A stretch of 64,000 nucleotides of DNA from an uncultured Actinomycetes bacterium (GTDB lineage Bacteria; Actinomycetota; Thermoleophilia; UBA2241). This document shows positions 49,970-60,825 of the stretch, one piece after another. The notes below the pieces were generated by a model. It was not told where the DNA came from. It saw nothing but the letters and a program-made list of their open reading frames with translations, and made no database searches. The DNA lies in the NCBI GenBank assembly GCA_963767005.1, contig CAVYCN010000004.1, positions 480,001 through 544,000 on the forward strand, given 5' to 3'. The position numbers and the translations under genes are program-made. Within the stretch, counting starts at the first letter, position 1. Every line of letters begins with the position of its first letter.

Positions 49970-50243
49970 CGCCGACGCCTCGTTATGCTGTGCAGAGCCT
50001 ATCAGCGGGTGCGAGGTTCGGGCACTCCGATTAGGGACATGACGTGAAGCCCTCGAGCCTGGCTTTCCCGGCTGCCTGTCCTGCGCGGTTCTTACCAAGA
50101 CGGGCTGGACGTCATGGTGGTGATGGCGCCTGACACGCGAACAGGTGATGCGTCAGAAAGAGCTGCATCTTGGCGTAGACGCCGACGGCGCGCCGACGCC
50201 CTGAGTCGTCGAGCTTCTCCCTGATGCCGCCCTCTTTCCCGAG

Positions 50244-53225
50244 CTACTTGACCTTGAACGTGTGCCAGGTCGTCGTCGCGGCCGAGCGAGTAGCTGTCTT
50301 GGCGATCGAGACGCGCACTCGGTAGGTGCCTTTCCGAGCCGGCTTGTACGACCAGCTCAAGGTGCCGCTGGAACGGACGGTGCAATGCACCGTCCTGGCA
50401 GCGACCCAATGGCGCACCAGGCGCTGCACCTGAACGGCGACCGCGCTGCCCGCAAGCGCGGTGGGCTTCGCCACAACCTCGACCCCGACGTGCCTGCCGA
50501 GTCGGAGGATGCCGTGCGAAAGGCCCGCTATCGTCAACGTCAGCTTGGGAGTGAGCAGGACGTAGCGATAGACGCCGGCGTCGATCATGCCGTTCGGTAG
50601 AGGTGCGGCTCGTAGGCCGGTGGCTGCCGCACCGCTGTTCGTGCCGGCCTGACCGCCATTGGTGGCCGCATACAGGACGATGCGGCCGTCTGCGGTCTTG
50701 CCGTACGCCAAGCCGATGATCTGCAGGCTGCCGAAGGTCCCCGACGCCGCCGTCCAGGTCGACCCTGCGTCGGCGGAGTAGTAGAGGCCGGCGAAGCTCG
50801 CGGCGTAGAGGCGCGTCGAGTCTGAGTCGGCGAACATGTAGGCAGTGCTGCCACCCACCCTGTTGTCGGCGGTGTTTGCCTGCTGCCAGGTCGTCCCTTC
50901 GTCGAAGGAGCGGTAGACGTAGAAGTTGCCATCGACGCCGATCAGCACGTGCTGTGGGTGGGTGGCGATGGCGAGCGTGGAGATGTTCGCCATGCCCGGC
51001 AGATGCGGATCGTCGATGGCGGTCCAGGTCGAGCCGTGGTCGATGCTGCGGTAGACGCCGGTGCCGGGCGAGCCGCTGCCTGCACCGCCGGTGGCGAGAT
51101 AGACCAGGCCGGCGGTCTCGGGATCGAAGCGGATGTCGGTGATGCGGGCCACGGCCTGGGGCAGGGTGACCGGCTGCCAGGAGACGCCGTAGTCATCGCT
51201 CGAGTAGAGGTAGCCCGGGCCGGTCAGATAGGGGCCCGTATCGAGGGCGGCCAGCAGATGACCCGCCTCGAAGGGGTCTGGGCGCAGGACCCAGAGCAAT
51301 CCGGACGGCGGTGTCGGCGTGGCGTTGAAGCCCAGATCGTCCCAGGACGTGCCGCCATCGGTGCTTGTGAAGATGTCGCTGTGACTGGCCGCATAGATGC
51401 GGTTGGGATCGGTCGGATCGCAGCGCACCGAGTCCATCTCGGCGGCTCCCGAGCCCGGCGCCGCCACGTAGCTCCAATCTGCGGCGGCGTCTGAGCTACG
51501 GTAGGCGCCCGACCAGTTGCCGAAGGTGGCGAAGAGTTCCAGAGGGTTGGCCGGCGAGACGTCCAGGGAACTGCAGGTCATGCCGCACAGGCCCTGGTCT
51601 GCGGGGCTCCAGTCGGCGCCGCCGTCGCTGCTTTTCTGCACGCCGTAGGTGCCGTCGGGCACGTAGGCCACCGTCGGGTCGGTCGGATCGGGAAAGACCG
51701 GCGCAGTGTTGGTCGTGTTGGGGCTGAATCGCTGCCAGGTCGTGCCCCCGTCGGTCGAGCGCTGATTGCCGATGTAGACGGAGCCATCGCTCGTGAAGCT
51801 GAGGCCCGAGCCTCCCGAGCCGCCCTGGTTGGCGCTCAGATCCGTCCAGCCGTCGAGGGCGGCGTCGGTGCTCTTGACCGCAGCGTTGGGATCGGTGGAG
51901 ACGATCCAAACCTCGCCTGCGACGTAGGGGTTAAAGGCAAGGGCGTGCTGGAAGCCGATACTGCTCACGGGCAGCGTCCCCCCGGTCAAGCTCCAGTCGG
52001 CGCCGGCGTCGGTCGAGAGGTAGACCTTGGCGTCCTGAGTGACGGCCACCATGTTCGACGGGTCCTGAGGCTCGAAGGCGACGTCCTCGACGCTCTGGCC
52101 GGCAAGGTCAGACAAGATCGTCCAGGTGGCGCCGTCGTCGGTCGAGCGGATCAGTCCCTGGGCGTCGCTCGAGGAACCGCTCTCGAGCGGCTCATAGTAG
52201 GAGCTCAGAAACAGGATGTCGGGGTCGCTTGGCGAGGGATAGACCTGGCCCTGGTCTATGGCCTTGCCATCAGGCCAGGCGTTTGGCATCACGACACTCC
52301 AGGTGTCGCCCTCGTCGGTCGAGCGCAGCAGACCGTTGGCGCAGTAGGCGTAGAGCCAGTCGGGGTGCTCGGGCGTGACGGCCAACTCGCCGTTGTTGAG
52401 GGTCAGGCTCGCACCGGTGTAGTTCCAGGTCGTGCCTGAGTCGCTGCTGCGAAACAGGCCGGTGAGTCCGTAGGCGGGGGCGTAGAGCGTGCTCGGATCG
52501 TCGGGCTTGATCAGGAGCTGGCGCACGTCGCCGCCCTTGAGCTGGCCGCCGTTCCAGTTGCCGATACCGGCTCCCACGGTGAAGGCGCCGGCCAGCGTCG
52601 AGCTGCCGCCGTCGGGGTTGGTCACGGTGAGCGGATAGACGGCGGGGTTCATGCCCCAGGGCACGGTGGCGGTCAGGGTGGTGGCATTCACGAGGGTGAC
52701 GTTCGTCAGAGTACTGCTACCGAGCTTGGCCGTCGGCGGGAGCGTGCCGGTTGCGTCGGTGGCGAAGTTCGTGCCACTGATCGTCACGGTCGTGCTGATG
52801 TCGTTGTCAGCGCTTTGCGGGGTGACACTGGCTACGGTGGGAGGCAGGGTGACGGTGAAGGCGCCTGGCAGGGTGGCGGTACCGCCATCGGGGTTCGTGA
52901 CAGTGAGATCGTAGAGCCCCGGGGCCATGCCCTGCGGAACGGTAGCGGTCAGGGTCGTCGAGCTCTGCACGACGACAGCCCCGAGCGGCGTTGTGCCGAG
53001 GGTGACCGTCGGCTGGACGGTGCCCGTCGTGGCGGTGGCAAAGCCACTGCCCGAGATGACGACGGCCGTGTCCCGATCGTTGGGGGCCATGATCGGCAGG
53101 ATGGCGCTCACGGTGGACGTCGAGGTCCCGACTGGTGTGGCGATCGGCGACTGGGCGAGCGCCGGGACGGCCAAGGCGAGAGTCAGCAGGCAGGCCAAGG
53201 TGGCAAGGACCAGGGACCGCTTCAT
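50244..53225 (-). CDS. Secreted protein with two IPT/TIG domains, a BNR/VPS10-like propeller and a basic C-terminal domain
   Basis: Signal peptide MKRSL...ALA; duplicated TTLTATVP...LTVTNPDGG...AFTV; many S.D.G.TW boxes. Confidence 0.88.
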   Translation of the reverse strand: MKRSLVLATLACLLTLALAVPALAQSPIATPVGTSTSTVSAILPIMAPNDRDTAVVISGSGFATATTGTVQPTVTLGTTPLGAVVVQSSTTLTATVPQGMAPGLYDLTVTNPDGGTATLPGAFTVTLPPTVASVTPQSADNDISTTVTISGTNFATDATGTLPPTAKLGSSTLTNVTLVNATTLTATVPWGMNPAVYPLTVTNPDGGSSTLAGAFTVGAGIGNWNGGQLKGGDVRQLLIKPDDPSTLYAPAYGLTGLFRSSDSGTTWNYTGASLTLNNGELAVTPEHPDWLYAYCANGLLRSTDEGDTWSVVMPNAWPDGKAIDQGQVYPSPSDPDILFLSSYYEPLESGSSSDAQGLIRSTDDGATWTILSDLAGQSVEDVAFEPQDPSNMVAVTQDAKVYLSTDAGADWSLTGGTLPVSSIGFQHALAFNPYVAGEVWIVSTDPNAAVKSTDAALDGWTDLSANQGGSGGSGLSFTSDGSVYIGNQRSTDGGTTWQRFSPNTTNTAPVFPDPTDPTVAYVPDGTYGVQKSSDGGADWSPADQGLCGMTCSSLDVSPANPLELFATFGNWSGAYRSSDAAADWSYVAAPGSGAAEMDSVRCDPTDPNRIYAASHSDIFTSTDGGTSWDDLGFNATPTPPSGLLWVLRPDPFEAGHLLAALDTGPYLTGPGYLYSSDDYGVSWQPVTLPQAVARITDIRFDPETAGLVYLATGGAGSGSPGTGVYRSIDHGSTWTAIDDPHLPGMANISTLAIATHPQHVLIGVDGNFYVYRSFDEGTTWQQANTADNRVGGSTAYMFADSDSTRLYAASFAGLYYSADAGSTWTAASGTFGSLQIIGLAYGKTADGRIVLYAATNGGQAGTNSGAAATGLRAAPLPNGMIDAGVYRYVLLTPKLTLTIAGLSHGILRLGRHVGVEVVAKPTALAGSAVAVQVQRLVRHWVAARTVHCTVRSSGTLSWSYKPARKGTYRVRVSIAKTATRSAATTTWHTFKVK

Positions 53226-53499
53226 GAGACACGCACCCTTCGCGACAATCTGCGCCCCGTCGCCCCCCGGCGGCGCGGTGGACCCCTGGCAGAGGTCATA
53301 CGGAAGTATACGCGCGGTGAGTGAGGCCGACGGCGGCAAGCGCGGGAAGTGCTGCCCCGCGAGGCGACACCAGCTGGCACTGTGATCTCGACAATCAAGG
53401 TTGGCCGGGGTGCCTCGGCAAACCGGCAGTACAGGTCTGCCGTGCGGCCCGAGAACCTCCTGCACAAGGACGTTCCCGCCGACGGTGCGCCGGCGCTCC

Positions 53500-53603
53500 G
53501 GCGGGGCCTTTCTCACCTGCCGCGGCGCCCTCGAGTGCCGGGAAAGCAGGGTGGCCGTGTTCCAGTTCTTCCGCGGGCTGCCGTTGATCGCGATGATCGT
53601 CAT
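53500..53603 (-). pseudogene. 5' fragment of a flavodoxin / iron-sulfur flavoprotein gene
   Basis: [20 protein letters not shown], then a frameshift to ALEGAAAG; the remainder is absent. Confidence 0.7.
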
Positions 53604-53697
53604 CTCTTCCTACCTGCCCTTGCGGGTCGTGAAGGTCCGCCAGACAGTCTATGCGCCAGACCTGCTGCAACGCAGGGCGTGGGATGCCCGTGCGACG

Positions 53698-54726
53698 ATG
53701 CTGCCCACGCCCCGCTACCTCGAGGTCGACCGCCTCGACGAGGTCCAGAGCGAACTTCAGTTACCTCCAGAGGCGCTCGAAGAGTTTCTCGCCTGTCTTG
53801 TCGAGTGCGACATCGAGCTTGTCGGTGCCGAGGAAGCTGCCGCCTTTGAGCCCGGCGACAGGGCGGACGAGGCGCCGCAACACGACCTCGCCCTGGGCAC
53901 GCCGGCAAGCGACCTCGTGCGCTCCTACCTGCGTGAGATCGGCCGCGTGGCGCTGCTCACAGGCGAGCAGGAGGTCTCACCGGCCCGGCGCATCGAGCGT
54001 CGCGACATGGCGGCCAAGCGCCAGCTCGTCGAGGCCAACCTGCGTCTCGCGGTGGCCATCGCCAAGCGCCACAGCGGTCGCGGCTTGGCTCTGCTCGACT
54101 CGATCCAGGAGGGCAACCTTGGCCTCATCCGCGCGGTCGAGAAGTTCGACTACCGCAAGGGCAACAGGTTCTCGACCTACGCCACCTGGTGGATTCGCCG
54201 GGCGATCAGCCGGGCGACCGCCGACCAGGGCCGCACCATCCGCCTTCCGGTCCACATCTCCGACCAGCTCAGCAGCCTCTGGCGCACGCAGCGCTACCTG
54301 AGCCCGGAGCTCGGTCGTGAACCGAGCCCCGAGGAGATCGCCGCCGAGATGGGCACGACGACGCAGAACGTTCAGCAGGTGCTCGGGCTTGGCAAGGAAC
54401 CAGTCAGCCTCGAGACGCCGCTCGGCGAGGCGGAAGACTCACGGCTCGGCGAGTTCATTTCGACGGGCAGGCCGCCGAGCCGCTCGAGGCGGTCAGCCAG
54501 GCGGTGACCAGAGAGGCTTTGGCCGAGGTCCTGGACGGCCTCACCGGCCGCGAGCGCGAGATCATTCGCTGCGCTTCCGTCTGGGGGCGACCGTCCACTC
54601 ACCTTAGAAGAGGTCGGCCAGCGCTTCGGTGTCACCCGCGCGCGCATCCGCCAGATCGAGCAGAAGACCCTGGCCAAGCTGCGCTGCTACCGGCGCTGCC
54701 GCGCGCTGCAGGAGTCGCCTGACTGA
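53698..54726 (+). pseudogene. RpoD-like sigma70 factor, frameshifted
   Basis: [28 protein letters not shown] and [10 protein letters not shown] motifs; region 4 ([20 protein letters not shown]) is reached only through about three frameshifts between 54455 and 54600. Confidence 0.88.
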
Positions 54727-54996
54727 CCGGGCGCCGGGTCTTCGGTCTCGGTTCCGTGCCCCTGAGCCTCTCCTCGCCGGGCAGTGGCGCATCGAGCTCG
54801 ACGGCCTGCATCGGTTAAGCGACTATGTACGGCTCACGCGCCGCTGCACATGGTCTCTTGCCGACCGACAGCCGACGCCGGACATGGCGACCGGCGTCTG
54901 CGGCCTCAACCTGATCTCCACGCATGCTGAGCGCGCGACTCGCGGGCTTCTCCGCTAGGATGGTCCTGTCACGTCGCTAGGAGGCGAGGTCGAGTC

Positions 54997-56229
54997 ATGG
55001 GCCTCCGAATCAGCCTGCAGGGCCGCTCGGCGGCCTTCCCGCGACCCTTCTGGCTGCTCATCGCCGGCACCTTCATCTACTTGGTCGGCTACGACGTCGG
55101 CTACCCCTACGAGACCATCTACCTGCACCACACGCTCGGTCTTTCACTGACCACGATCGGCCTCATGCTCGGCCTGCCGCTCTACGCAGGCCTGCCCATG
55201 ATGGTCGTCGGCGGGGCGCTCGCCGACCGTTACGGCCGCCTGCCGGTGCTGCGCCTCGGCATCTGCGCAAGCGCCACGCTGTTTGCCGGTCTTGCCCTGG
55301 TCGGCCAGCTCTGGCAGGTCGTGGCACTGATCGCTTTCGAGGCCGCCTGTGGCTGGACCATGTTTCAGACGGCCAACAGCGCCATGGTCGCCGATCTCAC
55401 CCCACCGCAGCAGCGCGCCCGGGCCTACTCCGTGAGTCGCGTCGCGGTGAGCTGTGGCATGGTCCTCGGGCCTCTGGGCGGTAGCCTCCTGTTGCGCCTC
55501 GGTATCGGCTTTCGCACGCTGTTTGCCTGCGGCTCGGCCCTCTGTATGGTCTTTCTTCTCTTCAGCCTGCTTGCGTTCACCGAGTCGAAGCCTGCCCCGA
55601 TCGCTGGCGCTGCGACCGGGTCAGCCTGGGCCGGCTATCGCCTTGTGCTCGCCGACCGGCGCTTCCTCTCGCTCTGCGCCGTCACGGCGCTGCCGCTCTA
55701 CGGCTTCGGCCAGCTCTGGGTGACCTTCCCGATCGCCCTCCACGAGCGCCTCGGCATCTCGGCCGCAAGCTGGGGGCTCTTGATCACCATCTATGCGCTC
55801 GCCATCGTGGTCTTGCAGTATCCGCTCGTGCGACGCCTCGAGCGCTACGACAAGACGATCCTGATGGCCGCCGGTAGCGCCTGCGTGGGGCTCGGCATGG
55901 GCGGTGCCACCCTGCTTATGCGCAGCTGGCCGATCGTGTGTTTCATGCTGCTCTGCAGCCTCGGCGTCATTCTGCTCATCCCGATCTCGGCGACGGTGGT
56001 CTCGGAGATGGCCCCGGTCTCTCTGCGCGGCCGCTACATGGGCGCCTGGACGCTGGCCTGGACGGCCGGCACAGCCCTCGGCCCGACAGTCGGTGGTCCC
56101 GTCATGGATCTGCTCGGTGTGCGCGGCGCCTACCTACTCGTGCTGGCCTGCGGCCTTGCCGGCAGTGGCCTGTTCCTTGTGCGGGGTCGCCGGCTGGCGG
56201 CGACGGCGGTGACGCGTCTCTCAGGCTGA
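54997..56229 (+). CDS. MFS transporter (12-TM, MdtH-like)
   Basis: GGALADRYGR and AP..LRGRYMG motifs. Confidence 0.9.
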   Translation: MGLRISLQGRSAAFPRPFWLLIAGTFIYLVGYDVGYPYETIYLHHTLGLSLTTIGLMLGLPLYAGLPMMVVGGALADRYGRLPVLRLGICASATLFAGLALVGQLWQVVALIAFEAACGWTMFQTANSAMVADLTPPQQRARAYSVSRVAVSCGMVLGPLGGSLLLRLGIGFRTLFACGSALCMVFLLFSLLAFTESKPAPIAGAATGSAWAGYRLVLADRRFLSLCAVTALPLYGFGQLWVTFPIALHERLGISAASWGLLITIYALAIVVLQYPLVRRLERYDKTILMAAGSACVGLGMGGATLLMRSWPIVCFMLLCSLGVILLIPISATVVSEMAPVSLRGRYMGAWTLAWTAGTALGPTVGGPVMDLLGVRGAYLLVLACGLAGSGLFLVRGRRLAATAVTRLSG

Positions 56230-56630
56230 GACGTCTCGAGTCAGATCACGCGCCCCGCTCGCGACACCGCGGGCGTGCATGACTGTCGGACCGGTGCTGC
56301 CCGAAGACGACCTGCACGTCACGGTACCGCCGCCCAGATGGCGACAGGAGTGCTCGCTACCCAGGTACGGAGACGGTGAGGCGGCGAATCGCTTCGGGCA
56401 CCCTGCCTTCGTCGGGAGCACCGCCCACCGGATGCTCTGACCGTGGCCTCTTGGCTGACCTGCCGCAAGTCGCCCAGCGGGGCGGGGATACTTGCTCGTG
56501 GTAGGCTGGCGTGGTTCGCCATGGGCCCGCTCATGACCCCTTCGGCGCAGTGCATGGTGCGGCCGCAGACGATGCTCGTGCGGAGAAAGGCGGGCCCGCA
56601 GCACCACCGTCTGCGCGCCAGTGACGCGAG

Positions 56631-57050
56631 GTGACGACGTCGGTGGACATCGTCGAGCTGCTGAGTCGCGGGTACCGCGCACTCGGTCTTGGCGCCAACG
56701 CCGACGTGCTGCGCGTCTTCGACCAGCGCATCGAAGGCGACAGCGTGCGCTGGGTGGTGGTCGACTACGTCTCCGGCGGTCGCGAGACGGCCACGCGCGA
56801 GGTCGTCGCTCACGACCTGCTGGGCAGCATCCCCTCACACTGGGAGACCATCGGCGTGGACACGCAGGCGTGGCACCGTGAGGGCGACACGATTGTCGTG
56901 ACCGGGCACATCCACGTGCGGCCGAAGGGCGGCTGGGACGTGGAGTCGTTGCCGTTTGCCCACATCTGGAAGGTTTCCGGGGACAAGGTCGTGAGCGTGC
57001 GCAGCTACCTCGATGGCATCGAAGTGCGGCGGCCGCGACCACGGCGCTGA
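56631..57050 (+). CDS. SnoaL/NTF2-like protein
   Basis: EGDTIVVTG...FAHIWKV...KV...RSYLD pattern. Confidence 0.75.
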   Translation: MTTSVDIVELLSRGYRALGLGANADVLRVFDQRIEGDSVRWVVVDYVSGGRETATREVVAHDLLGSIPSHWETIGVDTQAWHREGDTIVVTGHIHVRPKGGWDVESLPFAHIWKVSGDKVVSVRSYLDGIEVRRPRPRR

Positions 57051-57903
57051 GCGCAGCGAGGGCACCACGGTATCCGTGGATGACGAGGGGGCTTCTGCGG
57101 CATGGTCTGCCTCCTTCATCGGTCCGAATCCATACTTCAACTTGGATCGATGTCGGGGGGTATCGTCTCGAGGAGGTCATCGCCAAGCGGTGCCAGGCTG
57201 GGAGCACTGGACTACGGGAACGAGGTCAGGTTCTCGAGCATACAGATCGACCTCACCGATACGCTTGCTGATCACCCTGCGGGCTCGAGTCGACCCGACC
57301 ATGTGTGCCTTCGTAGGCTACCCGCCGGCGATCGGCGAGCAGTAGCGCGGTCGTTTGCGGCGCTGTTCTTGCCAGTCAGGTTCCCCATGCACATCAGCGC
57401 CCGCGCTTTCTCAGAACTTCCTGCATAGCGCATCTCTTGCCGACCGTCGGCCGAGGTGACGCGACGCCGATCTTCGCTGCCACGTCCGATACAAGGTGGT
57501 TGCTATCCGCAGCTAGGGCCTGTTGCCGAGGCTACTGTGCAGGCTGCTGAACACTCGCGGGCACATCACACGTCAACATGTGCCGCCTCCTCTTCTGGCT
57601 GCAGGCGAGCGCCTTGACCGGCGCAAAGCCGACACCGGCGACGCACCGAGTAGCTGCACTGCTTGGCCGCCGGCGGGACGCCGATCGCCGACAGTCGCCC
57701 GGCCGCGGGGTCCCTGAGCCCTGAACGCGGGTGGTCGGTCCGCGCGAGACACGAAGACGGCCGGGGCCTGCCCATCGTCTCGGCCGGGTAGACTGCCATG
57801 GGTAGTTGCAGGTCGGAGAGGCTTCTTGCCTCCTCTTCTTCCACCCCGCAGCCGCGCGCGTCGCGGCAATGGAGCCAATCGGCTCGATGGCAAGTGGAAG
57901 AAG

Positions 57904-58323
57904 ATGGCCTCAGTGCGGGAAGCGGTCTTGTGGCTCAGCGTGCCTGCCGATGCCTCGATGCTCTCAAGCCACGTGGAACGCGCGCGGGCCTTTCTGCTTG
58001 CCCACAAGCTGGACGACGACACGGTTCGCGACATCCACCTCTGCCTCTATGAGTGCTGCAGTAACGCCATCAGACACAGCGGCAGCCTCGCCGACATCGT
58101 CGTACGTCTGAGCGTGGCCGATGACCGGGTCGCCGTGCTGGTCAGCGACAGCGGTTGCGGTATCGACCTTAGACGCTGCGATCCGGGCCGCTTCCCTGAC
58201 CCGCAGAGCACCTGTGGGCGCGGACTCTATCTTGTAGCCCGACTCATGGACGAGTTGGCCATCAGCGTCGATGGCGGAACCGAGATTTCGATGACAAGAC
58301 TGGTGGCCACCCAGAGGGCCTAG
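57904..58323 (+). CDS. RsbW-like anti-sigma factor / ATP-binding protein
   Basis: E..SNAIRH, V.DSGCG and GRGLYLV..LMD motifs. Confidence 0.85.
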   Translation: MASVREAVLWLSVPADASMLSSHVERARAFLLAHKLDDDTVRDIHLCLYECCSNAIRHSGSLADIVVRLSVADDRVAVLVSDSGCGIDLRRCDPGRFPDPQSTCGRGLYLVARLMDELAISVDGGTEISMTRLVATQRA

Positions 58324-58737
58324 CGGCCCCCGCCTAAGACAGAGCGGAGCCAGGTCCTTTGGGCCGCAGGGCGCCGGGTGCACTCCGAGTGTTGGCTGGG
58401 GCCGACTGGGCATTGGCGCCTCTCGAATCTGCCGCGGCCTCCACGGTCGACGGGACTGACCGTCGGCAGGTCTGCGAGACGGCGCCGCCCGCAACGGTAT
58501 GGCGCCATCGGGCGCCGGGTAACCAGCTCAAGAATCCGTCCTCCCGGACCACCCTGACAGGCCCAAAACCAGCATATGCGTCGGGCCTGGCGATCGGGCC
58601 GTCAGCTTGCTTTGCTGGCGGCCCGGTCTATGCACAGGGCTCCGCCACCGGCCGACGCCGACGGGCGCTCCAAGCAGGTGCGCCGCGCCCCTTGTGCCGG
58701 TGGGCGCTCCAGACAGACGCGCGTCAAGGGGGACAGC

Positions 58738-59981
58738 ATGCGCGGACACATCGGCAGGCGGGGCGAGCACAGCTACGAGTACATCGTCGATGTCGGCATG
58801 GCCTCAGCTCAACGCTGCCAGGCCTGCGGCCGGCGCTTCTGGGTGGAGCGCAAGCTCCGGGAGTCCTGCCCGAAGTGCGGTGGCAAGCTGCTCGAGACCG
58901 AGGAGCGTCGCCGCGCGATCAAGGGCGGATTTGCCACGCGCCGCGAGTGCGAAGCGGCCCTGGCCAAGTGCTGGCCGCCGTAGAGACGCAGAGCTTCACA
59001 GCGCCCACCAAGGTCGCGGTCAAGCAGTTCCTTCTTGCGGAGTGGCTACCGACGGTCAAGGGCAGCCTGCGACCGACGACCTACTCTTCCTACGTGATGC
59101 TCACCCGCGAGCACATCCTGCCGCGTCTGGGCGCCCTGCAGCTGCAGAAGCTCACGCCCGGGGCGATCAACGCGCTCTACGCCGATCTTCTGGAGAGGGG
59201 CCGGGTTCAGGGCAAGGGCGGCCTCTCGGCCTCCTCGGTACGCCGCGTGCACGGCGTGTTGCACAAGGCCTGTCGCGACGCCGTGCGCTGGGGCAGGCTC
59301 TCGTCTAACCCGGTGGCCTGCGCCGATCCGCCCAGGCAAAGCACCCCGCACCGCGACAGGCTGCGCGTCTGGAACGCCGAGCAGCTCAGTGCCCTCCTCG
59401 CCCACGTTGCCGACGACCGCCTCTTCGCCCTCTGGGGGCTGCTGGCCATGACCGGCATGCGCAGGGGAGAGGCCCTCGGCCTTTCCTGGGAGGACCTCGA
59501 TATGGAAGCGGGAGCCGTCGCCATCCGCCGCGCCTGGATCCCGGTGGACGGCGTGGCTCAGTTCTCGGAGCCCAAGAGCAGGCGCAGCCGGCGCACGATC
59601 GCACTGGATCCCGTGACCTTGGAGGCCATGAAGACCCACGCTGCCCGTCAGGCCGACGAGCAGTCTGGTTGGCAGGTGGGCCTGGCGGAGGCTGGCTTGG
59701 TCTTCACCCGGCCCGACGGTCGCCCCCTGGTGCCCTGGGTGGTGAGCAAGGCCTTTGGCGATCACGGCCGCGCGGCCCTGCTGCCGCGCATCCCGCTCCA
59801 TGGCCTGCGCCACACCTACGCCGCCCCGGCCTTGGCCAGCGGGGTCAACCCGCGGATCGTCTCGGCGTGCCTGGGCCATGCCACCGTGGCCCTCACCCTA
59901 AATGTCTGCTCGCACGTCTTACCGCAGGCCGACCGCGAGGCGGCCGAGAAGATCGCGGCGCTGCTGTCTGACTCGGTCTAG
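58738..59981 (+). pseudogene. Tyrosine integrase, inactivated
   Basis: TGMRRGE, HGLRHT and LGH motifs; 1-bp frameshift near 58968; the catalytic Tyr position reads TLNVCSH. Confidence 0.9.
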
Positions 59982-60403
59982 TCCGCGGCTCGGCGCCCCT
60001 TTCATCGCAGAGAGTGAGCAGATACCTCGGTCTCCATGGAGCAGGCGCGGACAGCGGTCACAGGCGGGGCAGACAGCCATTACGCGCGCCCGGCGTCCTC
60101 TCGGCCGTCCGTCGGCGAAGGACCTCGGCGAAGCCGCGGCGCTCAGCTCGTGGGCTTCGGTTGCACCCCAGACGAAAGCCCCGCATCGCACCCGATTCGC
60201 CCCGAAACGCGACCGATCGGCGTCACTTGGCGTCCAAGAGGGCCGTTATGCTTCAACAAATCGCCCCTTCTGCGCCCCTTCGGCGAGGCACAAGCCCTGC
60301 GTAGTGACCACTTCCGCAGCCGCCAGCAGGGTCGATTTCTTGCAGCACATTGCAGCATAGCCGTCGGTATCGCGTCGGCAGGCCAGCGTCTGAGCTTCGC
60401 GGA

Positions 60404-60482
60404 AGCAGCAAGAAGCGCTGCGTAGAGGCACTTTCTGGTGGGCCGCCTGGGACTCGAACCCAGGACTCCCTGATTAGAAGTG
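60404..60482 (-). repeat. att-like direct repeat copy 1 containing the tRNA-Lys 3' half (60436-60481)
   Basis: Minus strand reads cttctaatcagggagtcctgggttcgagtcccaggcggcccaCCA (T-arm, acceptor 3' strand, CCA); no D-arm; 76/79 identical to copy 2. Confidence 0.88.
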
Positions 60483-60825
60483 CGGATCACCAAGCCTGCT
60501 AGCAAACTCGTTTGTTAGAGGATGTTAGCCGGTTCGTTTGCCTCTCCGACCAACGATAGTAACTCTTTGCAGGTCTTTTGCCTCGCGAAAAGGCGAAAAG
60601 GACAGCAAATCGGTCAATGAAACGGGGGGTAGGGAGCGCCACGGGCGCGACGGTGCGTCGTTCGGGTGTTGTCGGCGAACATGTCGGCACGTGACTCGCG
60701 GATGCGCGCCATGACTGGGACCTGGCTCAAATCAAGGATCTGAGTCGTCCTCGCGCGCGTCCGTGCGGTCCCTGGGCCGATCAGTGGAAGCGTCTCCTCT
60801 GCAGTATGTCGCCAGACGCCCGGTC

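Noticed and set aside
48715-50240. Cyclic dinucleotide riboswitches in the leaders of the G1 peptidase genes
   Set aside because: Only isolated words (gccgaatcc, gcccgaacc) match; I could not build the consensus structure. An Rfam/Infernal scan would settle it.
53226-53603. Apparent flavodoxin-propeller fusion (1119 aa)
   Set aside because: Chance open frame from a frameshifted flavodoxin stub; the signal peptide starts at 53225.
56230-57900. Possible further pseudogenes flanking the SnoaL-like gene
   Set aside because: No family motif recognisable by eye; needs blastx.
58960-58983. Programmed frameshift in the integrase
   Set aside because: No slippery heptamer, and the catalytic Tyr is also lost, so decay is the simpler explanation.
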